From Antechinus flavipes (lineage: Eukaryota): 64,000 bases of DNA. Made by a program: the position numbers and the translations under genes. The DNA lies in assembly GCF_016432865.1 (NCBI RefSeq), contig NC_067400.1, positions 623,782,001 to 623,846,000 on the forward strand. Reading direction: 5' to 3'. Shown piece after piece: positions 1 to 17,978 of this stretch (its first letter is position 1; every line of letters begins with the position of its first letter). A model generated the notes under the pieces. The model worked only from the letters and a program-made list of their open reading frames with translations, did not search any database and had not been told where the DNA came from.

Positions 1-319
1 GACCCTTAGCAGCCCTTTAACCTCCCTGGCCCGACTGGTAACGTGAGGGGCCTCCAGACCCGCCACTTCCCGCCTGTGTGTCCCAAGTGGGCCCGGCCGT
101 GGGCAGTGTGACGGTGGCTCCTGCCCGTGTGAATGGAAGCGCCATTTCCTTCTCGGTGGAATGGGAAGTCCGAGGAGCTTCTCCCTGGGGGGAAGGAGGG
201 GGGGCGACTCATGAGGCAGACCTTGGGCCCTGGTCTGCTGTGCTCCCTCCCGTGTGTCTCCCCCAGCGCCCGGCCTCCCCTCCCCCAGCGCCCGCCTCTG
301 CCCCGGCCTCTCCCGACAG

Positions 320-1832
320 GCCCCTTCTACCGCTACCGCACGTTCCACGACTGGGTGCACCAAGGCCCGGCGCGGGTGCCCAGCTGGGAGCCGCTGCTGC
401 TGCGAGCCCGGCCGGCCCCCCTCTTTGGCCTGCTCTTCCTGCTGTCCTCCTGGCTCTTCCCGCTGGAGGCCGTGCGGGAGGACGCCTTCTACGAGCGGCC
501 CTTCGCGTTCCGCCTCTTCTACATGGTGCCCGTCTTCTTCGCCTTCCGGATGCGCTTCTACGTGGCCTGGATCGCGGCCGAGTGTGACTGCATAGCCGCC
601 GGATTCGGGGCCTACCCCGTGGGGGCCAAGTCAAGGGCCGGGGGCGGCCCCACCCAGCCCTATCCTGCCCCGGACAGGTCAGCGCCCACCACGGGTCGGG
701 TGGCTGGGACCCAGGGATGCCCCTTCCCCCGCGGGCCTCCGGGCGCTCCCCTGGTCGGTGGGACCACCCAGGCCATCCTATAGTGGAGAGGGTGCTCTCC
801 CCCACCCGTGGCCCCTGGTGGCCTGAGATGCAGGGGTGAGGGGCGAGGGACCCCCCAGGCTAAGCTGGGCCCTGCCCTGAGGGTGGGCCTGCAAGCCTCG
901 GGCGAAGGTTCTGGAGGCAGAGCTGGTCACCCCGGTGGGCCCAGGCCCGTCCCCTTCGGCTGGGGCGTCGGGGCCCCTTCTGACCTCCAGCCGTCCCTCC
1001 AGCCCAGAAGCCGGAGCAGCCACCAAATACGACTACGAGACCATCCGCAACATCGACTGCCAGCAGACCGACTTCTGTGTGCGTGTCCGCGATGGGATGC
1101 GGTACTGGAACATGACGGTGCAGTGGTGGCTCGCCCAGTACGTCTACAAGAGCGCGCCGGCCCGCTCTTACGTGCTGAGGTGAGCCCCCGGGAGCGGGGA
1201 TGGCAGCGGAGGGCCCCGTGCCCTTGACTCCCGCCATCCCCCCAACTCCCACCATCCCCCCGACCCCCACCATCCCCCTCACCCCTACCGACCCCCGCCA
1301 TCCCCCCAACTCCCACCATCCCAACTCCCACCATCCCCCTCACCCCCACCATCCCCCTCACCCCCACCGACCCCCAACGTCCCCCTGACTCTCGCTGTCC
1401 CGTCTCCCACCTCCCCACAGGAGCGCCTGGACCATGCTGCTTAGCGCCTACTGGCACGGCATCCACCCCGGCTACTATCTGAGCTTCCTGACCATCCCCT
1501 TGTGCCTGGCCGCCGAGGGCTGCCTGGAGTCCGGCCTGCGCAGCCGCCTGGGCCCCAAGGCCCAGCAGGCCTGGGACTGGGCCCACTGGTTCCTGAAGAT
1601 GCGGGCCTACGACTACATGTGCATGGGCTTCGTCCTGCTCTCGCTGAGGGACACCCTTCGCTACTGGGCCTCCATCTATTTCTGCATCCACCTTCTGGCC
1701 CTGGGGGGCCTGCTGCTCGGGCTGGCCCTGGGGGGGGGAGGCCCTGGCCGCAGGGGCGGGGGTGCCCGCTCCGAAGCCAAGACCCTCCCGAACAAGCATC
1801 CCACGCCCCCGGACAAACTGCGGGAGGAGTGA
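320..1832 (+). CDS. MBOAT7: Lysophospholipid acyltransferase 7 (LPIAT1), 3' part; upstream exons lie outside the window
   Basis: Exons 320-677, 1003-1179, 1421-1832, all GT-AG with compatible phases. Translation includes FRMRFYVAWIAAEC, YDYETIRNIDC, YWNMTVQWWLAQY and SAYWHGIHPGYY (catalytic Asn/His motifs) and ends KLREE*. AATAAA at 2094-2099. Confidence 0.97.
1227..1377. repeat. C-rich ~18-bp tandem array in a MBOAT7 intron
   Basis: Repeated acYcccaccatccccc units. Confidence 0.85.
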
Positions 1833-2369
1833 GGAACCCCTGGGGCCGGGCAGGGCAGGGCTGGGCACTGAGTTCCCCACAGATCTGAGGGGACACCAGA
1901 ATCCCTGGGGGTGCCAAGGCTGAGGGGGCTGGAGACCCTGAAGCCTGGATCCCAGAGGGGCAGGAGGATCGGGACCCCGAGGCCCTGCGGGCTGGGGCAG
2001 GATGAGCCTTATTCCCGGGGCTGACAGGGCTGGGAATCCTGAAGCCGGCGCCCCCCGGGCTGGCTCCTTGGGGGGTGCAATTTTAATTTTCTCAATAAAG
2101 AGCCTTGGACAAAAGCTTTGGTGGTGATTGTCTGGAAGGGAGCCCCCCCCTTGGAGATTTCCTGTGTGGGAACGGGGAGGACAGAGCTTCTGCCAGGGGG
2201 GGGGGGGGGGGGGGCCGCAGACTACAGCCCCCGCCAGGCCTTGCGCCAGGTGCCAGGGCAGCCATGGGAACGCTGCTGGGAGACCAGGTGTGGGAGGGGC
2301 CAGCCCCGCCCCGGCCTTACCTGAGCGCTCAGGTTTCCAGCCCTGCAATAGCCGCAGGGACCCAAGAGA

Positions 2370-5300
2370 ATGGAGGCCGGAGCGGTGGGGGAGGACTGGA
2401 TCCCCAGGGGGCCTGGCCGAGGAGGAGGAGGTCGGTAGGGGTTGGGGAGAGAGGGAAAGGATCCCCAAAAAGGAGAGAGGAGGAAGGTGTGAGCTCCGAC
2501 CGGGCCCCTAGGCCCTCTTGAAGGAAGGAGGAAGTGGCCCCAGGCCAAAGTCCTGGTGGGGGTGGGAGGGAACGCTAAGGTCCTCCGGGCTCGGAAGCGC
2601 GGGGCAGCTTAGGGGGCTGGGCTGGGGGGGAAGGGGGGATGCTGGGCTCCCTGAGAGCCTGGGGGAGGAGATGTGAGTTCCTACGGAGAATAAGCTGCTA
2701 GAGGAAAGTCCCTGGAGGAAGCTGATGCTCAGAACCCGAAGAGGACTGGGCAGGGGCATCCCTGGGTCCCCCCGGGGGAGGGAGCTAAGTATCTGAGTGA
2801 ACAGAGCTGGGGGCAGGGGCACAGCTTAGGGGCCCAAAGGAAAGGGAGCCCTGAGGGGGCGGGGTAACAGGAGGGGGGCCTGCTGGGGAAGGCGAGGCTC
2901 AGGCTGGAACCAGGCGCCCCCTCCCCTGTCAGGGTGGGGAAAGGCGTCCTGGATCCCCTTAAGCTTTGCCATCCTTTCTCTTCCCGGCACCGCAGGCCCA
3001 TCGCTGTCCACCTTACTTAGCCAGCTCCCGAGCTCGGCCACAGTGAGGTACAGAGGTCCCGGGGTTCCTCCCTGGGGAGAGCCAGAGGCGCCTCTGGAGC
3101 AGAGCGAGCATGAGGACCGGCTGCACGAGGCGTCTCCCCCCGCGACGCCCCCAGAATCCCAGGCCCTTCGAGAGCTGCCCTGGCCCCTGGAGGCCAAACG
3201 GCTGCGGTGGTGAGAGGCCGCCCCTGCCCCAGCTCCTGCCTTGCCTCCTCCCTTACCCCGGGCGCTAGTGAGGGGCAGAACCCCCCCCCCCGTTTTCTCT
3301 CCTCTCCCTTTCATTTTCGCCAGTCTGTGCCTCTGCCCCCTCTCCCCAGGAAGCGCCAAGCTGGCAGCCCAGCGAGGCCAGCGTCGGGCACCCGGGGATC
3401 CAAGGGGACCCTGCTACTGGGCCGAGCTCGGGCTCGCTTGGCTGGAGCCCCAAAGATACTGGTTCCCTGGAGGACCACACTGACAAGGATCGGGGGTGAG
3501 TGGGGTCTGTGGACACCAGGGTCCCCCGGGACGCAGCCGCCGGGCCAGGGGACCCCTAACATCTCTTCTCCGTCCAGGCCAGTACGGGGCAGGCACCGAG
3601 TCCTACTTCACACTACTTCGCTTTCTGCTGGGTTTGAACATTCTGGGGGCCTTGTTCCAAGGAGCTCTGACCCTGCTGCCCCTCCTCCTGCTGGGGCCCA
3701 TCCCGGGGCCCCCCTCGCACGGGGTCCATCAGCCCTGCGGCCCCTATGACCCGCTCCCCCAGGGCCTTGTGGACTATCCCACGCACCTCATCAACCTGCT
3801 CTCTGGAGAGGTAAGGATCCGGTCCCCAAGAGTCAGGCCCCGCCCCCTGTGCCCTAGTGTCAGGCCCCGCCCCCTGTGCCCATCAGTCCCCACCCCCTGT
3901 ACCCTAGTGTCAGGCCCCGCCCCCGTGCTCAAGAGTCAGGCCCCACCCCCTGTGCCCGAGTCAGGCCCCGCCCCCTGTGCCCTAGCGTTAGGCCCCAGAG
4001 CTTAGGAGCACAAACCCAGCCTGCAACCAATGGCACCGGACAGGAAGAAGCGGAGGCTTCCCAGTCCCCCCAGGGGCATGTTGTCCATCCCGGCCTCCCC
4101 TTGGGTCCACCCCGCTGCCCCCAGTTTTGCTTCCTCCTGCCCGCCTGCCTCTTGTCTCCCTCACAGGGTCATCTAGAGTGGTCTCCCCTCTTTTACGGTT
4201 TCTACCCTGCCCAGCTGACCGGCGGCACCTTCCGGCTGCCAGTGGCCTACTTGTTGTCCACATTCGTCTCCGGGCTCCTCTGCCTTCTCCTGATTCTCCA
4301 CAGGTAGGAGTCCCCAAGGCACCCGGACCCGGACCTTCCTCAGCCCTTCCCGGGCCCTGCCCGAACTGCCCTCCCCACCCCAGCTGCCCTTCCCCTGAGC
4401 TGCCATTCCCCCCGGAGCTGCCCTCCCCCCAGCTGCCCTCCCCCCAGCTGCCCTCCCCCCAGCTGCCCTCTCCCCCCCCAGCTGCACTCCCTCCCGAGCT
4501 GCCCTCCCCCCAGCTGCCATCCCCCCCAGCTGCCCTCCCCCCGGAGCTGCCCTCCCCCCAGCTGCCCTCCCTCCCGAGCTGCCCTCCCCCCAGCTGCACT
4601 CCCTCCCGAGCTGCCCTCCCCCCAGCTGCACTCCCCCCCGGCGCTGCCCCCCCCAACTGCCCTCCCCCCCAAACCCCAGCCCCGCTGGCCGCACTGAGGA
4701 CCCTCCCCCATCCCAGGTCGGTGTCCGGACTGAAGCAGACCCTGTTGAGCGAGTCTGGGGCCCTGACCAGCTACAGCCACCGCATCTTCTCGGCTTGGGA
4801 CTTCGGGCTCCGGGGCACGGGCCCGGTGGAGCTCCGCAGGCGAGCGCTGCGCTACGAGCTGCAGGTGCTTCCCGGCAGCAGGAGCAGGACCATGGACAGG
4901 GCGCAGAAGTCCGGACCGGCCTGGGGGCGGGGCTTAGAGCTTCGAGGAGAGGGACGGGGCTGGGAAGGGGAGGGGGACCAGCCGACGGGGCGGCCCAGGA
5001 TTTAGGCGGGAGATGCTTAGAACGGAGAGCTCGGGGAGCTGAGACGCAGGTAGAGCTGGGGGCGGGGGGCCCAGAAAGGTAAGGGTCGGCTGCCAGCCTT
5101 CCGGCCTCGGAGTCCGAGGTCTGCGCGCTTTCTTCCACAGGTGGAGCTGGAGGAGGCCTCGGAGAGGAAGCGCGCAGAGGCCCGGAGCCGGGCGCAGTGG
5201 GCCGGCCTGTGGGCGGCCAGGATACTGCTCAACCTGCTGGTGCTCGCCGTGCTGGGGGCGGCCTTTTACGGGATCTACTGGGCCGTGGACCCCAACAAGG

Positions 5301-7479
5301 TTTTGCAGGTGTGACCCAGGCGCTGAGGGGGGGCCAAGAATGGGGAAGGGGTGCTGGGCCGGGAGGCTGAGACCTTCAGGGCAGGTCTGTTCCTCCGCCC
5401 CATTCTCCGCCTCAGAACGACCCTGTGGTCCTGGAGACGCCCATCCTGAAGCTGCTGGTCGCCTATCTGCCGTCCATCTTTATATCTGCCGCTAACCTCG
5501 TCCTGCCTCCCGTCTTCGGCCTCATCACTGGCCTGGAGGGCTACACCCGCAGTCGCCAGCTCCAGCTCCTGCTTCTCAGGTGATCCGGCGGAGGGAGCGA
5601 CTCTGGGGCTGGGCCTGGCGCCGCCCACACTCGGCTGGGGCTCCTCCCTCCCCGCCGCTCCACCGCCTGCCTTCCCCGCCCCCCAGGACCGTGTTTCTCC
5701 GCCTGGCCTCGCTGGTCGTCCTGCTGGCGTCCCTCTGGAACGAGATCACCTGCGGGGGCAAGCCCGAGGCTGAGGCCTGTGCCACCTGCGGCTACAACTA
5801 CGCCGAACACCCGGTGATGGCAGGATCCCGGCAAAGGGGACAGGGCTGGGGACGCCTGGACTGGGGTGGGGGAGGGCCGGGGTCCTCAAGGCCTGGAGAG
5901 CAGGGCAGAACATCTGGAGCCTCAAGGGGGCAAGGACCGGGGATGCTGGGTCCCCGAGGGGTGGGGACAAGGAGACGGGGAGCGGTGCCTTGGGTTTTAC
6001 TTGACGGACCCTCAACCCCATCCCCAGTGTTGGGAAACCCGGGTGGGACAGGAGATGTACAAGCTACTGCTGTTCGACCTGCTGACCTCCCTGGCCATCC
6101 CGCTGCTGGTCCAGTTCCCGCGCAAGTACGTCAAACTCCGCCCCCTCCTGGCTAGCCGAGAAGCCCTGGCCATCCTCCCTTCCCTAAGACTTCCCCCTCT
6201 TCTGCCCAGTCCCCATACTCAGGTCCAGAAAACCGACTGCCCACCAGCAAGTAGAGTGCTGGCTGCTCGGTGGGTACCCGAGGCTGGGAGCTGACGGGAG
6301 AACGCAAGCCTTGAGCCGGCTCGCTCCTCCTTCCTCCTCTAGACTCTTGGGCACTATGTGCTGCGGCCGCCTGGGTCGTCTGCTGGGGACCATGGAGTTC
6401 CAGGTCCCGGAGGAGGTGCTGGGGCTCGTGTATGGGCAGACGCTGGTCTGGATAGGGGCCTTCTACTGCCCGCTCCTAGCGGGGCTCAACACAATCAAAT
6501 TCCTGATCGTCTTCTACCTGAAGAGGGTGAGGGGCGCGGCCTGGAGGGGGAGGGGAAAGGGGCAGGAGGGAGGGAGGGTGTCCCTGCCGAGTCTCCCCCG
6601 GCGCCTCCGGGGCCCTGACGAGTCTCCCCCGCTGCAGTTCACGCTCTTCTTCTTCTGTTCTCCGGCCTCTCGCACGTTCCGGGCCTCCACCGCGAACTTC
6701 TTCTTCCCGCTGGTGCTGCTCCTGGGCTTGGCCATCTCGGCCGTCGCCGTGCTCTACGGCATCTTCGTGTGAGTGTTCAGGGCGTCCGGCCCCTCCCCCC
6801 GACCCTCCCGCGAAAGCTCGGGGCTGTCAGGGGGCGCTGCAGAGAGGCGGGCGTGCGCCGAGCCCTCCCGAGCCCGGTCTTAGGGACCGGGGGCAGAAGC
6901 AGAGCCACAACTCCTCCCCCCTTACCGAGAGGCCGGGGACGGAGCGCGGACGCCCGCTCCCGATGCCCGAGTCTGGGTCCCGTCCGTGCGCTCACCCCGA
7001 TTCCCGTTTCTAGGATCCCACCGTCCAAGCTGTGTGGCCCCTTCCGGGGCCAAGTGACCATCTGGGCGGCTATACCTCACGCCATCCAGGGCCTGCCCCG
7101 GACTGCCCGAGATTTCCTTTTCTTCCTGGGGACCCTAAGCTTCGCTGTCCCTCTGATGCTCGTGTCAAGGTGGGTCAGGGACGCCCGGGGGGAGGGGGCT
7201 CCAAAGGGAAAGGGTCTTCACGTCCTTCCTCTCCCCTAGCGTCCTGATGGTCTACACCTTGACACTGGCCAGTTCCTACGGCCGCCAGATCTCCAAGCTG
7301 AAGGGGCACATTCAGATGGTGAGGACCGGGCGGGGGCGGGGACGGGACCGGGACCGGACGGGGACGGGGGCCGCTTCTCTTTTCATTCGCTTCTCTCTCC
7401 TCGTCCTCAGGAAAGCGAAAGTAAAGTACTCTTGGCCCAGAGGATTGTGGCGCTCAGCGGGGAGGAGCGGGACCTCTGA
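2370..7479 (+). CDS. TMC4: Transmembrane channel-like protein 4, 15 coding exons, about 704 aa
   Basis: Exons 2370-2430, 2996-3209, 3350-3495, 3578-3810, 4167-4303, 4717-4864, 5141-5308, 5416-5579, 5687-5813, 6028-6125, 6343-6526, 6638-6768, 7014-7169, 7240-7318, 7411-7479; total 2115 nt, open frame. Motifs [51 protein letters not shown]. Exon 1 is the least certain. AATAAA at 7739-7744. Confidence 0.95.
3830..3997. repeat. ~24-27-bp minisatellite in TMC4 intron 4
   Basis: Repeated gtcaggccccgccccctgtgccc(tagt), about 6 copies. Confidence 0.9.
4355..4665. repeat. ~15-bp minisatellite in TMC4 intron 5
   Basis: Repeated cagctgccctccccc / gagctgccctccccc, about 20 copies. Confidence 0.9.
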
Positions 7480-7570
7480 TGCCGAGAAGCCACCGGAGCG
7501 GGCTCGGGGGTCGGCGGGGAGGGGAGGGACATCTTCCAACTCTCGCCCGCCAGGAGTGGGAGGCACGGAG

Positions 7571-8080
7571 ACTACAAGTCCCATGAGATCTCGCGGCAGA
7601 AGTGCCCTTGGGGATTCTGGGAGACTGAGGGCCTCCTGGCCAATCCGCCGGCCGGTGGGGTAGGTTGTAAAGGTCGCCTGAAATCCTAGCCCCGAGTTCC
7701 CATCGGAAGCCCAGGCGTCGCAGTGCCAAAACCCTCTTAATAAACGTAACCTCGTCCCATCAGCGTTTTTCTCATTCTCTCGGCTCCACCCCTTGAGCTG
7801 CGCTCGATCGGAGAAAGACGATAGGGCAAGGCGGGATATGGACTAGCCAATCAACTATCAGCATTCCAAATGGGGCGGGGCCATCAGGAAAGAGGCACGA
7901 CTATGCACCATTTTTCTGGGACGCTAGGTCCCTTCGACCAATCAGCGCCTGAGGGGGGAGGCGAGGCGCGTCCTCAAGGTGGGGCGAATCACAGGGCAGA
8001 CAGTTTCTACCAATGAAAAGCGGGAAGCCGGGCTAAGAGGACGAGCCGGGGGCGGGGCCAATAACTCCGGAGGAAGTATC
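7571..8080 (+). promoter_or_regulatory. LENG1 promoter elements
   Basis: ACTACAAGTCCCA (ZNF143/THAP11-type) at 7571; CCAAT at 7640, 7847, 7938, 8010, 8058; GC boxes; GGAAGT just upstream of the ATG. Confidence 0.65.
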
Positions 8081-8093
8081 GACGCGCGGGACC

Positions 8094-9426
8094 ATGAATA
8101 TCCTCCCGAAGAAGAGCTGGCATGTTCGAAATAAGGACAACGTAGCCCGGGTACGGCAGGACGAAGCCCAGGCCCGGGAGGAGCAGCGGGAGCGGGAACG
8201 ACGGGCGCTGCTGGCCCAACAGGAGGTACGGGGCTCGGCGGCGATAGGGCGCAGGCGCCATCGAGGCGGGGTAGCCGCCATTGCGCACGCGCGGGGAGGT
8301 GGGGGCGGGGCGGGGCGGGGCGGGTGGAGCTTGCCTGTACCTGGGGCAGCGCGCTAAGAATGATGTCCCCAGCACGGACAGCCCCTGTTCTGTGGGCCTC
8401 ACTCCCGGGTGCCCCGGAGTGCCCCCGGATAGGTGCCCCTGCGCCCCCCGCCCTGCTGCCCGGGATGCCGGCGCCCCCCCCAGGCCCCCCTTTCAGCTTC
8501 CCTATCTGTGAGTTTCTCCCGGTGCGTGCCCCCTGGCCAGGGTCCTAACGAGCTCCTTCCCCAGGCCCGCACCGACCTCCTCCGGAAACGAGCCCGAGCC
8601 AGCGTTCCCGGGCCAAGCGCGCCAGCGGCCGGCGCGGGCGCCAGGCCCGTGGACCTGTTTCGGGAGCTGGTGGAAGAAGGCAAGGGCAAGACCTGTGGCA
8701 ACAAGGAGTACGAGGAAGAAAAGCGGCGGACCAAGGTGAGAGGGGGCAGGGCTCGGCTTTGCCGCCCCCAGCGGGCCCTGGCAGCGGCCCCTGACCCCTC
8801 GCCTGCCCTCTTCTCCCAAGGAACAACAGGAAAAGGCCCTGGGGATCCTGACCTACCTGGGCCAGAGCGCAGCCGAGGCCCAGACTCAGCCCCCGTGGTA
8901 CCAGCTGCCCCCCGAGCCCAGGGGAAAGGACGGCCCCGTGCCCAATGAGAAAGCCAAGAGCCAGCTGGACCCGCTTCAGGAGCTGAAGAGGCAGCTGGGC
9001 AAGAAGAAGGGGGACAAAGGCACTGGCGAAGGGGGCGTCCGCCGCAAGGAGCCGGAGCAGCTGCGCCTCAAGAGGTAAGGGGCAGGGCCGGCCAAGCGAG
9101 CCGTTGGGAAGCCGGAAGGCTGAGAACCAGGGCCTGCCCAGGCACCCCCCCCCCCCCATGGCACCTATGGGTAAGTGAAGTCGAAACCGGGCCGGGCTGC
9201 TCAGAGCCTCTCTCCCTTCCCTGTCCCCCCCAGCTCTGGCGGAAGCTCCTTGGAGCAGCTGCGGGCCGAGCGTCTGAGGAGGGAGGCGGCCGAGCGGGCC
9301 CGGACCGAGGCCCTGATGGCCGCCCTGCGAGGAGAGCAGCCGCAGGAGGAGGAGGAGGCCGACGAACGCAAGAGGCGCTACAACTCGCAGTTCCACCCCC
9401 AGCTGGCCCGGCCCCCGCGCCGCTAG
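8094..9426 (+). CDS. LENG1: Leukocyte receptor cluster member 1 (CBF1-interacting N-terminal domain protein), about 249 aa
   Basis: Exons 8094-8225, 8565-8735, 8821-9074, 9234-9426. Translation [20 protein letters not shown]...[23 protein letters not shown]...[12 protein letters not shown]. Confidence 0.96.
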
Positions 9427-9450
9427 AACCCAGCGCAGGACTGCGGACGT

Positions 9451-9480
9451 CATATAAAACTATTTATTCATAAATATCTT
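9451..9480. terminator. Shared convergent 3'-end region of LENG1 and CNOT3
   Basis: CATATAAAACTATTTATTCATAAAT contains a minus-strand AATAAA (9463-9468) flanked by plus-strand TATAAA (9453) and CATAAA (9469) variants. Confidence 0.65.
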
Positions 9481-9610
9481 CAAAAATGAAAATAGGTTTA
9501 CGAAAAACAAGTCCTTCCCCATCTGGGGAGGGGCGGGGAAAGGAGAGTCCTTGGCCCCAAGTGCTGGGGGCAGGCAGGAAGGGGAGGGGGAAAGGGTCAG
9601 CGGGCAGGGG

Positions 9611-15898
<6,288 letters not shown>

Positions 15899-16836
15899 TC
15901 AGACACTGCGGGGGAGGACAAGGGGACGCGTCAGGGCAGCGGCCCCCCCCGGAGAGCGGGGTCAGAGCAGCCCCTCCCCACCAGATGAGTGGGGTCAAGG
16001 AAGCCCCCCCCCAGGGAAATGACAGTGCCCCCCACGGGAGGAGAAGGGTCACAGCAGCGTCCCACCCGGGAGGGACACGGGGCGGGGGGACCCCCAGGGC
16101 TTGTGAAGGGGCAAGGGGCTCTCCGGAGCCGGCCTGCACAGCCAAAGCTAGCCTGGGGATGCCCACCCCCCGCAGGCCCAGCAGGCACCACACGAGAGGC
16201 CAGACAGATGGGACCCCGGCCCCGGGAGGCTCTGCAGCAGGGGCATGGCTGCCTTGGGGCTCCCCAGCCCAGGGCTCCCCCAGGCAGGGCCGGACAAAGG
16301 GGCCGGGGCACGGAGCTGGGGGGAGGGGGCACGACCCCTTCGGGAGCGGAGGTGGCTCCGCAGCAGGGGCAGGAGCTCTGGGCCCCGACCCCTTTGCTCC
16401 ATCAGAGGCAGGAGTCTCAGGGACGAAGCTCCGGGGGCATAACCCCCCAGGGAGGCTGACTCTGACGTCAAGGCATGACCCTTTTGGGGGAGGGGTGGCC
16501 GGCTCTGCCCACGGAGCGAGATGCTCTTGGAGGGCACGAACCCCTCGCAGGCGGCTCTACAACAGGGGCATGACTCCGGGGATGGCGAGGCTGGTGCTCC
16601 TTGGGGGCACGACACCCAAAGGGGAGGGCCGGCTCTGAGGCCAGGACGTGACCCCTTTGGGGGGCCGACTGCCTGCAAGTCTTGGTCTGGCTCTTTCGGG
16701 GGCACGACCCCCTGAGGGCAGGGGGGGTGAAGGCTCTGCGGCAGGAGCATGATGCTTTTGGGGGACCCGGCTGAAACGGGAATACGGTCCCCCCAAAAGG
16801 CAGGACCCCTCGGCCAGGGCAGGGCGGCGCTCTCAC

Positions 16837-17123
16837 CACACAGGCCCGGCGGCTCCTGGCTCCTCGGCGGCTCCTCGGCGGCCTCGGGGACCGGGCCTGG
16901 GCCGGGGCCGGCCTCGGGCTCCCGGTGGCGGGCGGGCGGGCAGAGGGGGCGGCGCCTGGGAGGGCGCCTGTCGCGACAGGCCCGGGCGCTCTCGTGACAG
17001 CGGCGCAGGCCGGGCTCGGGCTCCCGGGGGGCCGGGGAGGGCTCCCGGGGCTCTGGGGCCAGATGCGGCGGTTCCGCTCGCTCACTGCTCCGCGGAAGCG
17101 GCCCTGGCCGGCTCCAAGATGGC

Positions 17124-17154
<31 letters not shown>

Positions 17155-17160
17155 GCCTCG
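16837..17160 (-). other. CNOT3: Probable non-coding first exon of CNOT3
   Basis: GC-rich segment between the CCAAT-rich promoter and a GTGAGA donor at 16836. An alternative GTGAGC donor lies at 17085. Contains a YY1 motif and a GGC repeat. Boundaries are inferred. Confidence 0.55.
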
Positions 17161-17214
17161 TCTGCGCCCCCGGCCCGGCCCCGCCCCGCCCGCGCGCCCC
17201 GGCCGCGCCCGCCC

Positions 17215-17978
17215 ATTGGCCGCGCCGCGCCGCTGCGCTCGGATTCCATTGGCCGCCCCGCTGGCAGCAGCCGCCGATTGGGCGACATCGAGCCCGGCCC
17301 GCCTCCCACCCCCTCCCTTCAGACTCCCACCCCCTCCAGGCACAACACGCCGGCGCGAGGACAGACGCGTCAGTCAAGCAGCCGTCGCGGCGCCATAGGC
17401 TGGCGTTGTTCCTCCCCGCCCCACCTTCGCCCTATTGGTCGGGGAGGCAGAGCCGGAGGCTGCAGCATCAGTCAGAGCCTGGGCCAAGTTTCACGGGCTC
17501 TAGGTAGCGCCTACCCGCCTGCCATTGGTCAAGGAAGGAAGCCTAGGCAGGGCTTCATTGGTCCCAACCATACCCCCCGTGGACAACAACACGGCAGTGT
17601 GAGGCTCGACGTGTCCGTCAGACGGGAACAGCCTCGCCGTTGGCCAACCCCCACTTCCGCCCCGCCTCCAGCGGCCCAGGGGTGTTCCCAAGCTTGTGAG
17701 ACCCTCCGTACCTCCGCAGGGCCGTGTTCACATCGTTCGCTCCGCTATGGGCCGAGCGATTCTGCCTGAGCTCTCCCACCCCGCTTAGTGCAGAAGGCCG
17801 GGCCTCGCTCCGCAGCCCAGAGCCCCCGCGGCAGCAGCCACGGCTCGGCGTCCATTGGACGGGCAGAGGGCCGGCCCCAAGCACACGATTTCCCTGCGCA
17901 CTATTGGCTGCTGCAGCCGCCACTTATCCCAGAGCCACCAATGAAGGGGCGGGGCCACAAGCAGAGAGATCTGATTGG
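17215..17978 (-). promoter_or_regulatory. CNOT3 promoter with ten CCAAT (NF-Y) boxes
   Basis: ATTGG at 17215, 17248, 17277, 17434, 17524, 17557, 17854, 17903, 17974 and CCAAT at 17938, among GC boxes in a CpG island. Confidence 0.75.

Noticed and set aside
580-592. MBOAT7 AECDC versus human AECGC substitution
   Set aside because: A single residue outside the catalytic motifs; I cannot assess its conservation or exclude a base error without an alignment.
9171-9177. Consensus GTAAGT donor inside LENG1 intron 3
   Set aside because: It would leave a 63-nt intron and include an in-frame TAA; probably unused.
17119-17769. 216-aa plus-strand ORF starting MAAAAAAAA with good initiation context
   Set aside because: The ATG is part of a YY1 motif and GGC repeat antisense to the CNOT3 5' region; the product is low-complexity with no recognisable domain.
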